In this document: one piece after another, positions 12,301 to 24,617 of the stretch
Numbering within the stretch: the first letter of the stretch is position 1
Layout of the letters: the number at the start of each line of letters is the position of its first letter
NCBI GenBank assembly: GCA_022813965.1
Contig: JALDZS010000006.1
Span: 186,001 to 250,000 of the forward strand
Origin: Toensbergia leucococca
Lineage: Eukaryota
Direction of reading: 5' to 3'
Length of the DNA stretch: 64,000 nt
Made by a program: the position numbers and the translations under genes
The notes under the pieces: model-generated
Seen by the model: the letters and a program-made list of their open reading frames with translations, nothing else
What the model was told of the DNA's origin: nothing
Databases searched by the model: none

Positions 12301-14457
12301 TCAGCGAAAGCGAAGACTCAGCCGGTAAAGGATACCAGTGCGACCTTGACCGAAACAAAGACTGAGGGTAGTATCAAATGGCCAGTCATCAAGATGTATC
12401 TTACTGCCATGGGACCTTGGTACTATTGGATTGCAGCATGTATCATGTTTGCAGCGCAACAAGTCGGCTCCGTGTCTACCAACATATGGATTCGTGAATG
12501 GGCCAATGCGTACCACACGAAGGAAATGAAGACGATGGGACTTGTTGATCAACATGATCCTCCAGCAGCTAATTATGTCCGTTCTCTCAGTAGTTCCTTC
12601 TCGGCTAGCTGCTTGTCAAGCGGTACTTGTGCGTGGAACTTGCCTCTGTTCTCCAAGTCATCAAATGCTTATACGACATCTTCTTCAAATGATGTAAACG
12701 TCGCATACTACCTCTCGGTTTATGCGCTTCTCGCTGGAGGGTACCTGTTAATCTCCCTGCTTCGAGAAGCCGTGGTCTTTTGGGGTTCACTAACTGCGTC
12801 CTGGAAAATTCACGCCAGCCTTCTTGAGTCTGTTACAAGAGCCAAGTTCCGGTTCTTTGATTCAACGCCTCTAGGACAGCTTATGAATCGATTCTCCAAG
12901 GATATCGAAGCCGTAGACCAGGAGATTGCTGGAGTGGCCATCGGAGTCATCCACTGCATGGCTTCCATAATCACAATCGTCATTCTAATATCCATCATCA
13001 CACCTGGCTTTCTGATTGCTGGCATATTCATTACTGGCATCTATTTCGCCATCGGAAAGTTCTATATTCGATCGTCACGAGATCTAAAGCGGCTAGAGTC
13101 GGTGCAGCGAAGTCCATTATACCAGCAATTCGGTGAGACATTAAGTGGCATCACTACCATTAGAGCCTACGGACACGAGGGTCGCTTCAGTCGGGATAAT
13201 CAAACCCGAATAAACACGCACAGCAGGCCTTTCATATATCTTTGGGCCGCCAACCGTTGGCTTGCTTTCCGGATCGACATTGCCGGCGCTCTCGTATCCT
13301 TCTTTGCCGGAGTTTTCGTCATCCTCAGCATTGGAAAGATTGATGCGGGTGCAGCTGGTCTATCGCTTACCTATGCGGTCACTTTTACCGAGAACGTTCT
13401 ATGGCTTGTACGACTGTATGCTATGAATGAGCAGAATATGAACTCTGTGGAACGACTTAAAGAATACCTGGAAGTCGACCAGGAAGCAAAAGCAATCATA
13501 CAAGAAGCTCGACCGGCTAGTAATTGGCCAAGTCAGGGAGCTGTTCAGTTCATCGACTACACCACTAGGTATCGAACGGATCTCGATCCGGTCCTAAGGA
13601 ATGTCTCGTTCAAAATCCTGGCAGGTGAGAAAGTTGGTATCGTGGGCAGGACGGGTGCGGGCAAGAGTTCGCTTGCCCTAGCTCTATTCAGGGGTCTAGA
13701 AGCAGAGGCTGGTAAGATCGTCATCGACGACGTCGACATTGGCCTCATAGGTCTCCAAGATCTAAGAGAATCCATCACCATCGTTCCCCAAGATCCTACC
13801 CTTTTCACCGGCACCATTCGCAGCAATCTTGACCCATTTGGTCTCTTCACTGACGAAGAAATCCTCACATCCCTACGCCGCGTCTCCTTGATCCCCGCTC
13901 CAAACTCTGCATCCCCTTCCGAGCCTTCATCACCCGGTACTCCAATAAACACGGCACACCCTCCCTCACCGCCGGCTACCCCAAACCTCAATCCTCCACA
14001 ACCCGACCTTACAAAAGTCTTTACCAACACACACGAGAACACAAACATCTTCACAACTCTCTCCTCGCCTATCGCCGAGTCCGGTTCCAACCTCTCCCAA
14101 GGTCAACGTCAACTTCTCTGCCTCTCGCGCGCCCTCCTCAAAACCCCACGTGTCCTCCTCATGGACGAAGCCACTGCCTCCATCGACTACGCCACCGATG
14201 CCAAAATCCAAGATACCCTCCGTGAAGTCAAAGACAGCACCATCATCACCATTGCCCATCGCTTGCAGACAATTATCGATTATGACAAGGTGCTCGTGTT
14301 GGATAAGGGAGAGGTGATTGAGTTTGATGCGCCGTGGGAGTTGATCAAGAAAGACGGAGGGATCTTTAGAGGTATGTGCGAGATGAGTGGTGATATGGAG
14401 GGGTTAGAGGAGGGAGCTAGGAAGGCGGGACAGAAGAAGAAGTTGGTGGATGTTTGA
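9342..14457 (+). CDS. YBT1: ABCC/MRP-type ABC transporter (Ybt1/Bat1 bile-acid transporter-like); short first exon 9342-9406
   Basis: Two TMD-NBD halves; NBD1 GPTGSGKT/LSGGQ/ILLDD and NBD2 GRTGAGKS/LSQGQ/LLMDE. First exon MYGRCGEPIWRKDDFITCFQRD joins YLQILLP through a GT-AG intron. The subfamily is secure; the orthologue name is inferred. Confidence 0.9.
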
Positions 14458-14969
14458 GGTGGATTTTCAAAGGGGAAGTTCCTTCAAGGGTGTGTGGGTG
14501 GGTGGGATCGTTTGTGGGGTCTTCTTCGCTTCTCCCTCTCTCTCGGCTCCAGGGGTCTTCATGTGGTACCCTTTTAGCGCTTTGTCGTTGTTAGCGTGCT
14601 TGGAGCGGTTTTCCCCTCTCTTGTTTTCTTTCCATCAAATCGGCTTTGACTAGAGGGCGGATTTGTCTGTTGGCTTAGCAGAGGAAGGAGAAGGGGTTGT
14701 TGTAGATACGTGAGCTTTTTGAGAAGAGGTCGGTTTAGTTTATTAGGGGGTTCGCTGGGGTAAGCACGGATTTTGTTAGATGGGATTAGTGAAAGAGGTA
14801 AAGGTGAGAATAGTAAATGAAGAACGTGAATGTTTGTTATTGGTTTTTGTTCTGGTGGGTGTTGATTGTGTTGATATGTGTTATAAAAGAGCTTTTGACC
14901 GTTTCTCAGTTTTGTTAATTGTTGTTTGCGCTCTGAAGTTTTTGTTTCATTGTCATTGCTACTCGTATC

Positions 14970-15600
14970 AGTCACTCATTCAAAATCTACACCTCATTCT
15001 TTCTCTCTCATTCTTTTCTCTTCTTTATCTTTTTTATATCTTCTTAGAATTTAACACTTCTCACTTCTCATATCTTATATCAACACTCATATATTTATCT
15101 CAGTCTCAAATTTCTCTTCTTCAATGACTTTTACTTCTTTCTTGTCTTATATCCCTTGCTTTCCCTTGTTCTTTTCTTTCTTCACAAATTTTTCTCAACA
15201 TGCTTCTTAGCACTTGACACCCCCTCATTCTATCTCACACTATTCTATCTCAACAGTGACATCAACTTTTTCATCTCAATCACAACCTCAACCTCAAAAA
15301 TCTCATCAAACCCTTTCTCATCCCTCCCTCTCATACTCTCTTCTTCTCCCTCACACCTCCCTCACACCCCATAAGCTCATGATAAGAGAAAAAGTCAAGA
15401 CTCCCAACTAAACACCTCAAAACCTTCTCTAAAATCACACACAACTCTCACAAATATTTCATTTTATCTTCTCTTCAAGAGAGAGTAAGAAGAAGAGAAA
15501 CATAAACAGAACTATCATATATCAAAACTTCAATCCATCAAAATGAACTTAGTAACATCATTTTGAAATCAGCAAAAAAACTCAAGTTACTATGAGAGTG
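14970..15600. repeat. Low-complexity, G-poor tract lacking CG and GG dinucleotides
   Basis: By eye, no CG or GG dinucleotide over ~630 nt; TCA/CTCA abundant. Confidence 0.6.
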
Positions 15601-15926
15601 ACGTGTGCAAGGCTGAAGAAGATGAGAAATTATCCGTATACCTATATGAGGGTGACTCACTTAGCTGTGTTCAGCCATACGCTGAGCCAGGTGACGAGGC
15701 AAGTCAGCTCAAACCCGTGACAAAGAGGGGGGAAAGGGAGATATGGGATATTTTCCAAAATAGGGGTACACACAAGTCCGATTTTCGTAGGTATTATTCC
15801 ACTTAGCTTCTACAAATATTGGATTTGTTAAATACGCCAGCAATATGCGCCATACCGTGGGGGCTGATCGTGTTGTCTCATTCCCATTGGCATCCAACCA
15901 CACCCAGTCTAACTAATTCACATACA

Positions 15927-18722
15927 TTATACCCCCTTCCCCAGCACCCCCTCACCCGGCCTCAATAATCCCTCCTCCCGGCCTTCCAAAGCATTACGCC
16001 CAGGCCTGCCCCCACTCGGCGTCGGGGGACTACTTCGAACCATCCTCCCATCTCCACCCGCAACAGGACTGTCGTCCGAGTAATCGGGACTAGTGGACCG
16101 TCTCCCGCCCGTTTCCATAGACAGCTGCGATGTTGGTGTTGGCGGCGAGTAGGCGAATGTTGGGCTCTTGGGCGTAGAGTCATTAAGGGTCGATTCGTCT
16201 GAGGGACTTCGGGCGTGAGTGCTTGATCCGAAGAAGCGGCGGCGGGAGGGTGGTCTTGAGGGGCTGGTTTGGGGGCTGTCGGAGTTGACGTCGTAATGGG
16301 AGGCGCGGGAATGGTTTTTTTGCTGGACTATATTTTGGACCAGGGGGGGAAGGTCGAGGTAGCTGAGGCCGGTGGAGCTGCGGGAGAAGATGACTAGGCC
16401 TAAGCAGAGCAGGATGAGGATGGACTGCCCGATTGCCATTCTCTTCTGGAAGAGGATTTCGTCTGCCAGGAGGCTGAGGCGGGTGGTCAGAGCGAGGACT
16501 TCATGTTGAGACTGTTCGCGTTGGGAGGAGAGTTCTAGAACGGTCGATTGCCAGATTTGGTCGTACTGGGAGCGAAAGTCGCGCAATTCGTTCAAGACGG
16601 TGCTGTTGAGAAGGTCGAGGAAGGAGGTTGTCTTGGCGAGCTGGCGTTTTTCGACTTTGGAGAAGGCATCGCGCAGGATGCGGGATTGATCTTCGATGTA
16701 TTGGAGGGAGAGTGTGGCGTTTAGTTCGAGGAGTTGGAGACGTTTGTGGACTGTTTTGAAGAAGGACTCTTGAGTTGTTGGCGCTGCGGGTTGGGGATGC
16801 GTTGAGGATGGGGAAAGTCTGGCTGTGGCTTGGGAGGGGGGAGTTGTGGGGATTGAAGAGTTGGTTTTATTTCCTGAGACCATAGAGGAGCTTGAGATGG
16901 AGGGGACTATGGCGATTGAAGAAATCGTAGGGTTAGTTCCGTTTGCAGCTGAAGGCTGATTTGACTGGATAGATTTCTGGGCTGTGGAAGATACAAGTGG
17001 CTGATCACTCGCACTGGGAATCTTTACAGATTGAGTAGAAAGCATTGATATAGACTGTATTGAAGCGGCCACTATGGTCGCACTTTCAGGGGTGCATACC
17101 AAATCGTGGGAGCTCAGTGACGACAGGACAATGATCTGTGCGTTCAAGGGCGAATCAAATGGCGACACGTTCGTAGTAGAAGCCTCCAAACGATGCGAAA
17201 AAGCACTGGATCCTGGGGCATCTGACGATATACTGCTCGAAACAGGCACTGCTACTACAAGTGAAGCAGTCGGCGACGCGTCTGGTATGCTTACAGTCCG
17301 CATTGAGGTATTCTTGGCTTCTTCCATCGAATCATGGGCAGGGGAAACCTCAGACCTCGAATCCCCACTGCCATCAAACACCTCCTCAGAGCTCTCATCT
17401 TCTGAATCTTCCTCTCCTCTCGATCCTTTCACATCGTTCTTAAATTCTTCGTACATTGTTTTACCATGAATCCTCAACAGGCTGACGGGACAGTAATACT
17501 CGTTACCATAATGAGTCAAGAATTCTATGCGGAGATATCTTGCCCAAATCTGAGGTGATTCGATAAGAAATGGCTGAACGTCCCGACTGTTCCTCGCTTC
17601 ATAGGTTCCTAGTACCCTCCATTTCTCTAGCTTGACTGGATATCTATCCGAGACACTGACCCTGAAAGTGCGGAACATGGAGCTGAAGAACTCAAAGTTT
17701 GCTAATACAACAGTGTCGATGAGAATGTCGTTGCATAATTCAATGATGAAGAATTTGTTATTCGCTGAGCACTCGTTGAGCATATAGCTATCTTTGTTTT
17801 CAACTAGTATAGAGGTGGATCCCTTGCACTCCGCATTGGTCTTCAATACTGTAGCGGCACAGTCGAAAGAAGCATAGTTGAACCGCTCTTTGCAAGTCTT
17901 TCCCGCATCTTTGCTTCTGGAATGTGTGCCAGAAACCTCTCCTTCATTTTCTCCACCACTACCTTCGCCGGAAGGTTGTGATGACCCACCGTTGATGTCT
18001 CGTTCTCCTGAAGAAGGAGTATGAGGTGCTGCGCCCGAGCTCACAAAGCCCCCGAAGTTTATGTCGAGCTCAACGTCCTCACCCAGCGAGTCTAGAGCGT
18101 TGTGGATGTTTCCAGGCCGACGTCTGTGCTCCGAGTCTCCTGCTCCTGTCCGCCTATCTCCAACATTTTCCAGTGACTGGCCAGCTTTGGCTAGATTTTG
18201 CTTCTTCCATTCATCGAAAGAAAGGAAATTGACGTTATCTAAAGGAGAGTCGCCTTCACTTTCCGGTTCTATTTCGAGCGTACTCTGAGCCTGTGAAATA
18301 GTCTCCCTAGAAATAGAACCTGAAGCGGAGGTCGACTGGGGAGGCGTTGTGGTAGATCCATGAGCGATGGAGCTTACTGAGCTGACTGACCCCGACTGCT
18401 GGCCAGCCTTTGTCGTGGAGTTTAGGATAGCTTCAGCGCTCTCGAGGCTTGGACTGGAAGAAACGACAATAGTAGAAGCGCTCTGAATTCCAGCTAGACT
18501 CGGGTCATCAGGCTTGTTAGTCCAAGTGGTCCTCAGGCATTGCTGTGGTAGAGTCTGTGTGATGTAGTTGATACTCCGAGACGGACAAATTGAATGTCCA
18601 CTGCTGGACGAGCTTCGCGTCCTTATGGTCTCACTTGATACAGCTTGAGCTTGAATCTGGATGGGGTATGTGAAGAGCAAGAACACTGCCGCTGTGAGAG
18701 CATGTCTACTTGGCCTTTGCAT
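15927..18722 (-). CDS. SLP1: Mid-SUN (Sad1/UNC-like) domain ER membrane protein, Slp1-like
   Basis: 931-aa ORF with signal peptide, FLSFDEWKK, KERFNYASFDCAATVLK, FIIELCNDILIDTVVLANFEFFSSMF, YCPVSLLRIHG, a coiled coil (QESFFKTVHKRLQLLE) and a C-terminal TM helix. Confidence 0.92.
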   Translation of the reverse strand: MQRPSRHALTAAVFLLFTYPIQIQAQAVSSETIRTRSSSSSGHSICPSRSINYITQTLPQQCLRTTWTNKPDDPSLAGIQSASTIVVSSSPSLESAEAILNSTTKAGQQSGSVSSVSSIAHGSTTTPPQSTSASGSISRETISQAQSTLEIEPESEGDSPLDNVNFLSFDEWKKQNLAKAGQSLENVGDRRTGAGDSEHRRRPGNIHNALDSLGEDVELDINFGGFVSSGAAPHTPSSGERDINGGSSQPSGEGSGGENEGEVSGTHSRSKDAGKTCKERFNYASFDCAATVLKTNAECKGSTSILVENKDSYMLNECSANNKFFIIELCNDILIDTVVLANFEFFSSMFRTFRVSVSDRYPVKLEKWRVLGTYEARNSRDVQPFLIESPQIWARYLRIEFLTHYGNEYYCPVSLLRIHGKTMYEEFKNDVKGSRGEEDSEDESSEEVFDGSGDSRSEVSPAHDSMEEAKNTSMRTVSIPDASPTASLVVAVPVSSSISSDAPGSSAFSHRLEASTTNVSPFDSPLNAQIIVLSSLSSHDLVCTPESATIVAASIQSISMLSTQSVKIPSASDQPLVSSTAQKSIQSNQPSAANGTNPTISSIAIVPSISSSSMVSGNKTNSSIPTTPPSQATARLSPSSTHPQPAAPTTQESFFKTVHKRLQLLELNATLSLQYIEDQSRILRDAFSKVEKRQLAKTTSFLDLLNSTVLNELRDFRSQYDQIWQSTVLELSSQREQSQHEVLALTTRLSLLADEILFQKRMAIGQSILILLCLGLVIFSRSSTGLSYLDLPPLVQNIVQQKNHSRASHYDVNSDSPQTSPSRPPSRRRFFGSSTHARSPSDESTLNDSTPKSPTFAYSPPTPTSQLSMETGGRRSTSPDYSDDSPVAGGDGRMVRSSPPTPSGGRPGRNALEGREEGLLRPGEGVLGKGV

Positions 18723-19181
18723 TCTTCACGCATCTTCAAGAATAGTCAATCCCCCACAACAAATTGGGTCTCTCTTTCAGCGCGAGAGGAATCTCTAAAG
18801 GTCCTTGAACAATAAGAAACATGATTTATATGGAAGATTGAGATTACGTCGCATCTATCTGTACTCCGCACAGATGTGGCGCACCGGCGGATACTGCCGA
18901 GGGCATCACGTGTCTAACGTCTTTATGATCTTCAAGAACTTGGTATTTTTTTTCTTAAATGATACTTCCAAGCCTTGCACCAGAGACATAGAATATGCGG
19001 CAAATACAAGTTTTCGAAGAGTTGAACGGGGAATTGCACTCTCCTCCCGTGATTCACAAAACGAGGATTCCTTTCCATACTTAATAATCAACCACTCCAC
19101 CTCCTGAACACCTACAAAATGCTTCTCACGAGGAACAAAAGACGACAGGGTATCAAAGACTTCTCCGGGCCCACTTGTCCT

Positions 19182-20807
19182 TTACAAAGCGCCGCCAACA
19201 ATCCCCACGATCCACATTGCTATCCTAATCCTCCACTTCACCTTCCTCTCCTCACTCCTTAGCTCCTCCTCATTCACAACTCTCGATTCCCTTAACAGGT
19301 TCTCTTCCTCCGCTTTCCACCGTCCCATTAGCCCCTTATCTTGCGTCACTACCATGGCTCCAACTTCCAGGTCCAGACTGTAGCTTCTTTTGGTGTAGTT
19401 TGACGATCCGATTACTGTTACGCTTGGACCTGCTACTGGAATACTGCCAGATGGAGCAGGGCCGGACTCTGCGGCTATGGAACTTCCGTTTGAAGATGAG
19501 AATGGCGATGAAGGCAGAGTCAGCCAAAACCCTTTGGCGTGGTACGTCCACCCGCCAGGCTGCCCAACGATACCACGTTGCCATTCGCGGAGTGATACGT
19601 TTGCTGGTGGTCGAGATTTACGAGCCGCAGAAAGAAAGCGAAGTGATAGATGTGTGTAAGCGGCGGGAAGCATGCCGGAGACACCAGCTGAATTGTAAAA
19701 ACCATTTGCGTAAGGGCTAGCAGTCAGAATTGTGCCGGTAATGGTTGAAGTCGAGCTGGAAAGGAGGGACGTAGTTATTTGGGGATGTGGATTGAAGTAG
19801 CCGGCTGTGAAGAGATAGGATGATTGCTGGGGGAGGGAAGAATTCAGGAGGGCATGGAGAGCGGGGAGTTCGGTGTTGAGTGTACTAGGAGGGAGGGAGA
19901 GAAGGGGGTAAATGGATGTTGTGAGCGGAGCGGAGGGCATAGGAGAGGAAGTGCTTGGTGGTCGGATCAGAGGAGCCAGAAAGGTTTGGGTTGCGGTGAT
20001 ATAAGCGTGAGGATCGTTAAGAGGGGATGGTGCGACGTTGCCAGCGGGCCACGTGAGGTCGTAGCCACCCAGACCGTCATTAGGGCACAAGAGAAAGCTG
20101 AGGCTACAGACGGCGTGGTGAATTCGGGCAAAGTAGTCGGTGACTCGTTTAGAGGAGAAGACGTGGTAGCGATCTTGACGATTGGTAAAGTAGTCATTCG
20201 AAAGATTTGCGCCAGAGAGAATCACTTCATCATCGGTGCCATACAGCTTCATGTGTTGCAGTCCCCAGCCCTCGTTGATGCGCTTAGGGATATATTTCTT
20301 GCGGAGACCGGTGAGATTCGGCGTGTGGTACATGCGGACCTCAACTTGATCCGGAAACTCAGCAACGAGAGGCGCAAGAAGTGAGGCACATGACGGATCA
20401 GGAGTCTCGCGAGTCCCACGCAATGCGTCGGTAAGGATTGACACTCTCAGGTCTGGCCCATTGTGTAGCAAGGCCTCTCGGATTGTGGAAATGAGCTCAT
20501 GTTCTGATTTTCCTATATACAACGTCGAGAGGTAGATCCTCTTCCTGGCTCTCCGTATTTTCTTTTTCAAAGTCTCGTAAAAGTCTTGGGGGCTCTCTAA
20601 CACATCGACTTGATCAGCCCTGATGTCGATTCTTGGAGCGATTCGATCTAGCTCAGTAGTAATACCAGCGAGGAAAGCTGCATTACTAGTCGGATGGGGA
20701 GCTGATATGGGTGCTGATGAGTAAAGCCGTCTGAATTGGAAAGGTCTAGATAGTTTTCGGCTTTGGGCAGGCAGTCTCAGGGAGGCCGTGATGCGTCGGA
20801 CAAGCAT
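19182..20807 (-). CDS. PGS1: Mitochondrial CDP-diacylglycerol--glycerol-3-phosphate 3-phosphatidyltransferase (PLD superfamily)
   Basis: Arg-rich presequence from ATG 20807; RIYLSTLYIG, LTDALRGTR, QHMKLYGTDDEVILSGANLSNDYFTNRQDRY, WTYHAKG, GSSNYTKRSYSLDLE. Confidence 0.95.
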   Translation of the reverse strand: MLVRRITASLRLPAQSRKLSRPFQFRRLYSSAPISAPHPTSNAAFLAGITTELDRIAPRIDIRADQVDVLESPQDFYETLKKKIRRARKRIYLSTLYIGKSEHELISTIREALLHNGPDLRVSILTDALRGTRETPDPSCASLLAPLVAEFPDQVEVRMYHTPNLTGLRKKYIPKRINEGWGLQHMKLYGTDDEVILSGANLSNDYFTNRQDRYHVFSSKRVTDYFARIHHAVCSLSFLLCPNDGLGGYDLTWPAGNVAPSPLNDPHAYITATQTFLAPLIRPPSTSSPMPSAPLTTSIYPLLSLPPSTLNTELPALHALLNSSLPQQSSYLFTAGYFNPHPQITTSLLSSSTSTITGTILTASPYANGFYNSAGVSGMLPAAYTHLSLRFLSAARKSRPPANVSLREWQRGIVGQPGGWTYHAKGFWLTLPSSPFSSSNGSSIAAESGPAPSGSIPVAGPSVTVIGSSNYTKRSYSLDLEVGAMVVTQDKGLMGRWKAEEENLLRESRVVNEEELRSEERKVKWRIRIAMWIVGIVGGAL

Positions 20808-21080
20808 GACACCAGGGTCCAGGAATGATTGGATTACTACTCCCAACTTTCAAGGTCAGGGCGAGAAGAGAGCCATCTTCCAAGATTTCCTCCCTCCTGA
20901 TATGACAGACTCTTTATTTTCAATTGACCGCAATTGTAATCTTCAGTGACAAGGAAGAACGGTATTTTCCTCGATTTTCGAATCTCAATCCGAAGCCCTC
21001 GCCAAGCCAATTAGCGCTTCTTGACCTCATCCTCCCTCCAACAGAGAGACTCTCTGGTAAACCTCCTTTGACCGGCAGCC

Positions 21081-21782
21081 ATGTCGACAATAATGCGAAC
21101 ACTGCGGAATCTCCGCAAAATAGGCATCAAAGAATATGCCCACCAAATACAAAATATAGGCGACACCAAAGCCGGCACCTACATCGCCACAGACCGCTAC
21201 GGGAACAAATACTACGAGAACCAAGAGCAAGAACTTCCCTGTACGTGCCTATATATTTCTCCCTACACCTCCATTTACAGCCTTACATATGATAAAGCAT
21301 GAGGTAGGCTAATTGACAACAGTGAGGACTCGGTGGGTCGACTATAAGCAGCAGGAATACGATCCGTGAATACCCCTCCCCCAACCCCCGTCTCCCCTCA
21401 GCTCCAATCCGCTGATCATTAGTAATTGTTATTTGAAAGAGGTCAGATTGAGCCGGGCTGGCACGCCTGGATGTCCTACTTGGTGGACAAACCGCCCACC
21501 GAAGACGCAGTGCTCCGAGCCGGCCAGCGAATCTGGGAGTTACCCGAGCATCGACCTAATCTGACGGCGAGTCGGGCGGCTTTCAAGACCTACTCTACGT
21601 ACGTACTGCCATTTTCATTAGTCTAAGAACGCAAACGTAGGGAATGTGAGGGAAAGGTTCATAGTCCGGAGAGTGTTCGAAAGGTGACACAGACGCATGG
21701 ATAGACTTCGTGCTGACTCGAATGCTCTAATAGGGTGAAGCCAAAGTATAGCGCCTGGGTACCGGAGGCGTCGCCAAGATAG
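21081..21782 (+). CDS. NDUFA12: NADH:ubiquinone oxidoreductase subunit NDUFA12 (B17.2), 4 exons
   Basis: Spliced: ...IGDTKAGTYIATDRYGNKYYEN...LRTRWVDYKQQEYDPGQIEPGWHAWM...RPNLTASRAAFKTYSTVKPKYSAWVP. Confidence 0.93.
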
Positions 21783-23038
21783 CGTCTTGTCGGAGGATGA
21801 GATAGCAGGACAGATATGTGCATATAGACAACTACCGGGTTGGGGCGTTTGGAGTTACATAGCGGACGACTGTACTCGAAGAGCATTGAGACAATCAACA
21901 TACCTAAATTATTACTTGATACTCGTGGCAGTGTCGTGGTGCCTCGATCCTCGTTGATTGTCAACAATTGAAGAATTTTTTAGTGGTCTTTATTTCTGGA
22001 AGGGAAAAATGAACAATTTCGCGTCTAAGCCTAAGTCTGACTCCCTCTCTTTTTGTCCATGTATATACCGTGCCTTCCTGTATGTAAAAAGCAAATGTTC
22101 AGGTTCAGCTGAATCCGAACCATCGATGTTTCGGAAGCAAAGACAAAAACAAAAACGGCAAAAGGAGATACATGGTCATAGGACACCATGCAGTCCCGTA
22201 TGAGCCAGACGACTTCTCATGAAAAGAAGGCATTTGTTAAAACAAAAAGGATTTTCTTGTCCCTGAGCCCCTATCTAGTCTTCGCAGTACTCGTTCGCCC
22301 ATTAAATAGTACTCATAGTCAATAAACATCTATCACCACAAATAAATACGATAAATTCGTGAGGCCCCTTTCTATATGAAATTGGAAAGTTTTAAGACTC
22401 AATTATCTAAACTAAAAAGGCTCGCATAGCACCACGCACGTGAAATCGGATCCAGCAGAGATCAATCGTTGACCTAAAATCATGCATATCAAACAGCCTA
22501 TGCATTCCCACAGTGACAAATTCTAGAATGGGGCCTTTCAAATTTTCGCTAGCTATCATTTCCTCTAAAATGATACTAATCACCGGAATGAACAGGTTGT
22601 TTTTAGGCATGTGTGACCACCTCATCTCTCTATTGACTACCTCTGCCGATTATGAGTATGACCTTTTCCTGATGAGATATCTTCTCTCCGCGGATAGATG
22701 GCGAATTGAGGCAGAGTGGGGCATAAAAGCAATGTCGACTGGAAGAATCAGATTTACGAAGACTTGGAGTTCGTTGATAAACAGAGACATGGTTGGAGGA
22801 GTAGGAGTTCTTTTTGAGGACCTGAAGGAATGGTCAATAGCTTACTTTTGAACAATCAATGCCCTCAGTAAGCTGTATATCGCCAGGTTATGTTTTTATT
22901 GGGTGCGTGTGTACTGAACCTCGACCGACGAGTCTTCCAGTATTGAATGAATTAGTGGACCGGCAATGTAAGATTTTGAACGTTCCTTTGAGAGTTTTCG
23001 ACGGGCTCATTGTACTGTGAGGGGAGGTAATTCCATCC

Positions 23039-24028
23039 TCAGATCTTCACTAAGTTCTCCTTTACATTTATGCCATATTTCTTGTAGTTAAAGTCTTCCA
23101 TGGTCTTGATGAGTTCGGCCCATCCATCATCGATCATACCCGGTGCGGCCTCGAGACCGTGTTTACCAAAGTCATCTTGCGGCTCACTTGTTATTCCAGC
23201 TAGGACTTCTTTCTCCCTGCCTTTAACCTCGTTCAGAAGCTCAGGGTGTGGACACCATATGACTCTCATTCCTGCTCTTCGACCAGCTTCTACTCCGAGT
23301 ACGCTATCTTCGAAGACAAGGCATTCATTTAGTGCGATAGGCTTCTCGGAGCCCTCTCTCATAATGCTATCATTGATCGTCTTCAATGCGAGAAGATAGA
23401 TATCCGGAGCTGGTTTTCCTTTACCAGGGGCTATACGTGAATCATCGCCTAGCACTCTTCGTTCTTCTGCAAAATTGGAGAATAATTCGTTCAAATGTGC
23501 AGATTTGAGTTTAAAGTTTATCTTATGACTTGACGTTGCGAGAGCAAGGTGGACAGATGGTGAGGCACTAGAAAGAATTTGTAGGAGCTTATGAACGCCG
23601 GGGAGAGGGCGAGTTAAGGACCATTTTTCACGCTGCAAAACGGATTGTTTGATCATGAAGTCGGCATGAGATATTGGCAATTGAGCCCATTCGTGGAAAA
23701 TGCGGCCAGCCTACAGGAACAGGCCATACTTTTAGCTATCTAAGATTCGAGTTTGCTAGAATAACAATGGGTGACATACTTCAGGGCCAGGACGACCTTG
23801 TAATTGGGCCTTGACGCTCCATGGTAAGGAGGGTTTGCCGTATTCATGAAGGATTATGTTAGTGCAGATGGTGTATATGTCTTCTGAGTCGATGAGAAGT
23901 CCGTCCATGTCGAAGAGACAGGCACGGATTGGGGGAAAGCTTAAGGGTGAGAGATTAGTGAAATGAGAAGCAAAGACGTAATATACACCTTACTCATTTC
24001 TTGGATTCGCCACGGTAAATGGCTGCAT
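23039..24028 (-). CDS. HAD-superfamily phosphatase (GS1/HDHD1 pseudouridine-5'-phosphatase-like), 3 exons
   Basis: Motif I ACLFDMDGLLIDSE, motif II LATSS, motifs III/IV GKPAPDIYL and CLVFEDSVLGVEAGRRAG. Confidence 0.92.
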
Positions 24029-24617
24029 GTTCGGAGAGCTTTGGTGCAGTCTGAGTGTAATGGAGATTCAACAATAGCAAGGTACCTTACGGATAGTCTC
24101 GGGATGTTTTCCAATCGTCGTCACTCTCGTCAAGCCACAAAGCTACCTTAATCTTACAGTGCGGCTCTGCGGCTTTTGACACATTACATATTCTAATGGT
24201 GGCGCTGAAATGGCTAGAATATGGGGAGTGGGGCTAGGGTTACTCGTCCGTAACTTCGAGCTTGCGACTTGCGGCATCAGCATCCACAACAATTGACTTG
24301 ATCTCCAGCTCTTCAATCAAAACATTTCTCGACTTCCCCATTACTAAGACGCTTTTATCTCTTGTTCCTTAGCTAAAATTTGCCCAGCTTCTCCTTGAAT
24401 TCAGTCTTCACTTTCTTTAGGGGATGTCCACCTAGCGGAATTACAACCATGGTTCTTATCTATCATTGAACAATATTCCAATAGTGAAGACATTGTGTGA
24501 TTCTTACTCCACCACAGCTACAAAAGTTTAAATCACCAAAGTGACTGCACTCCCTGTAATTCAAATCTATACGCACACACTCGCCCTCCATCCTCCACCA
24601 ATGCTTATCACTCCATC

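Noticed and set aside
13557..14259. Antisense ORFs over ABC NBD2 (and similar ones over SLP1, PGS1, VPS18, STE11, USP)
   Set aside because: Shadow frames of real coding sequence.
21958..22851. Short ORFs between NDUFA12 and the HAD gene
   Set aside because: No recognisable motifs or coherent splice structure.
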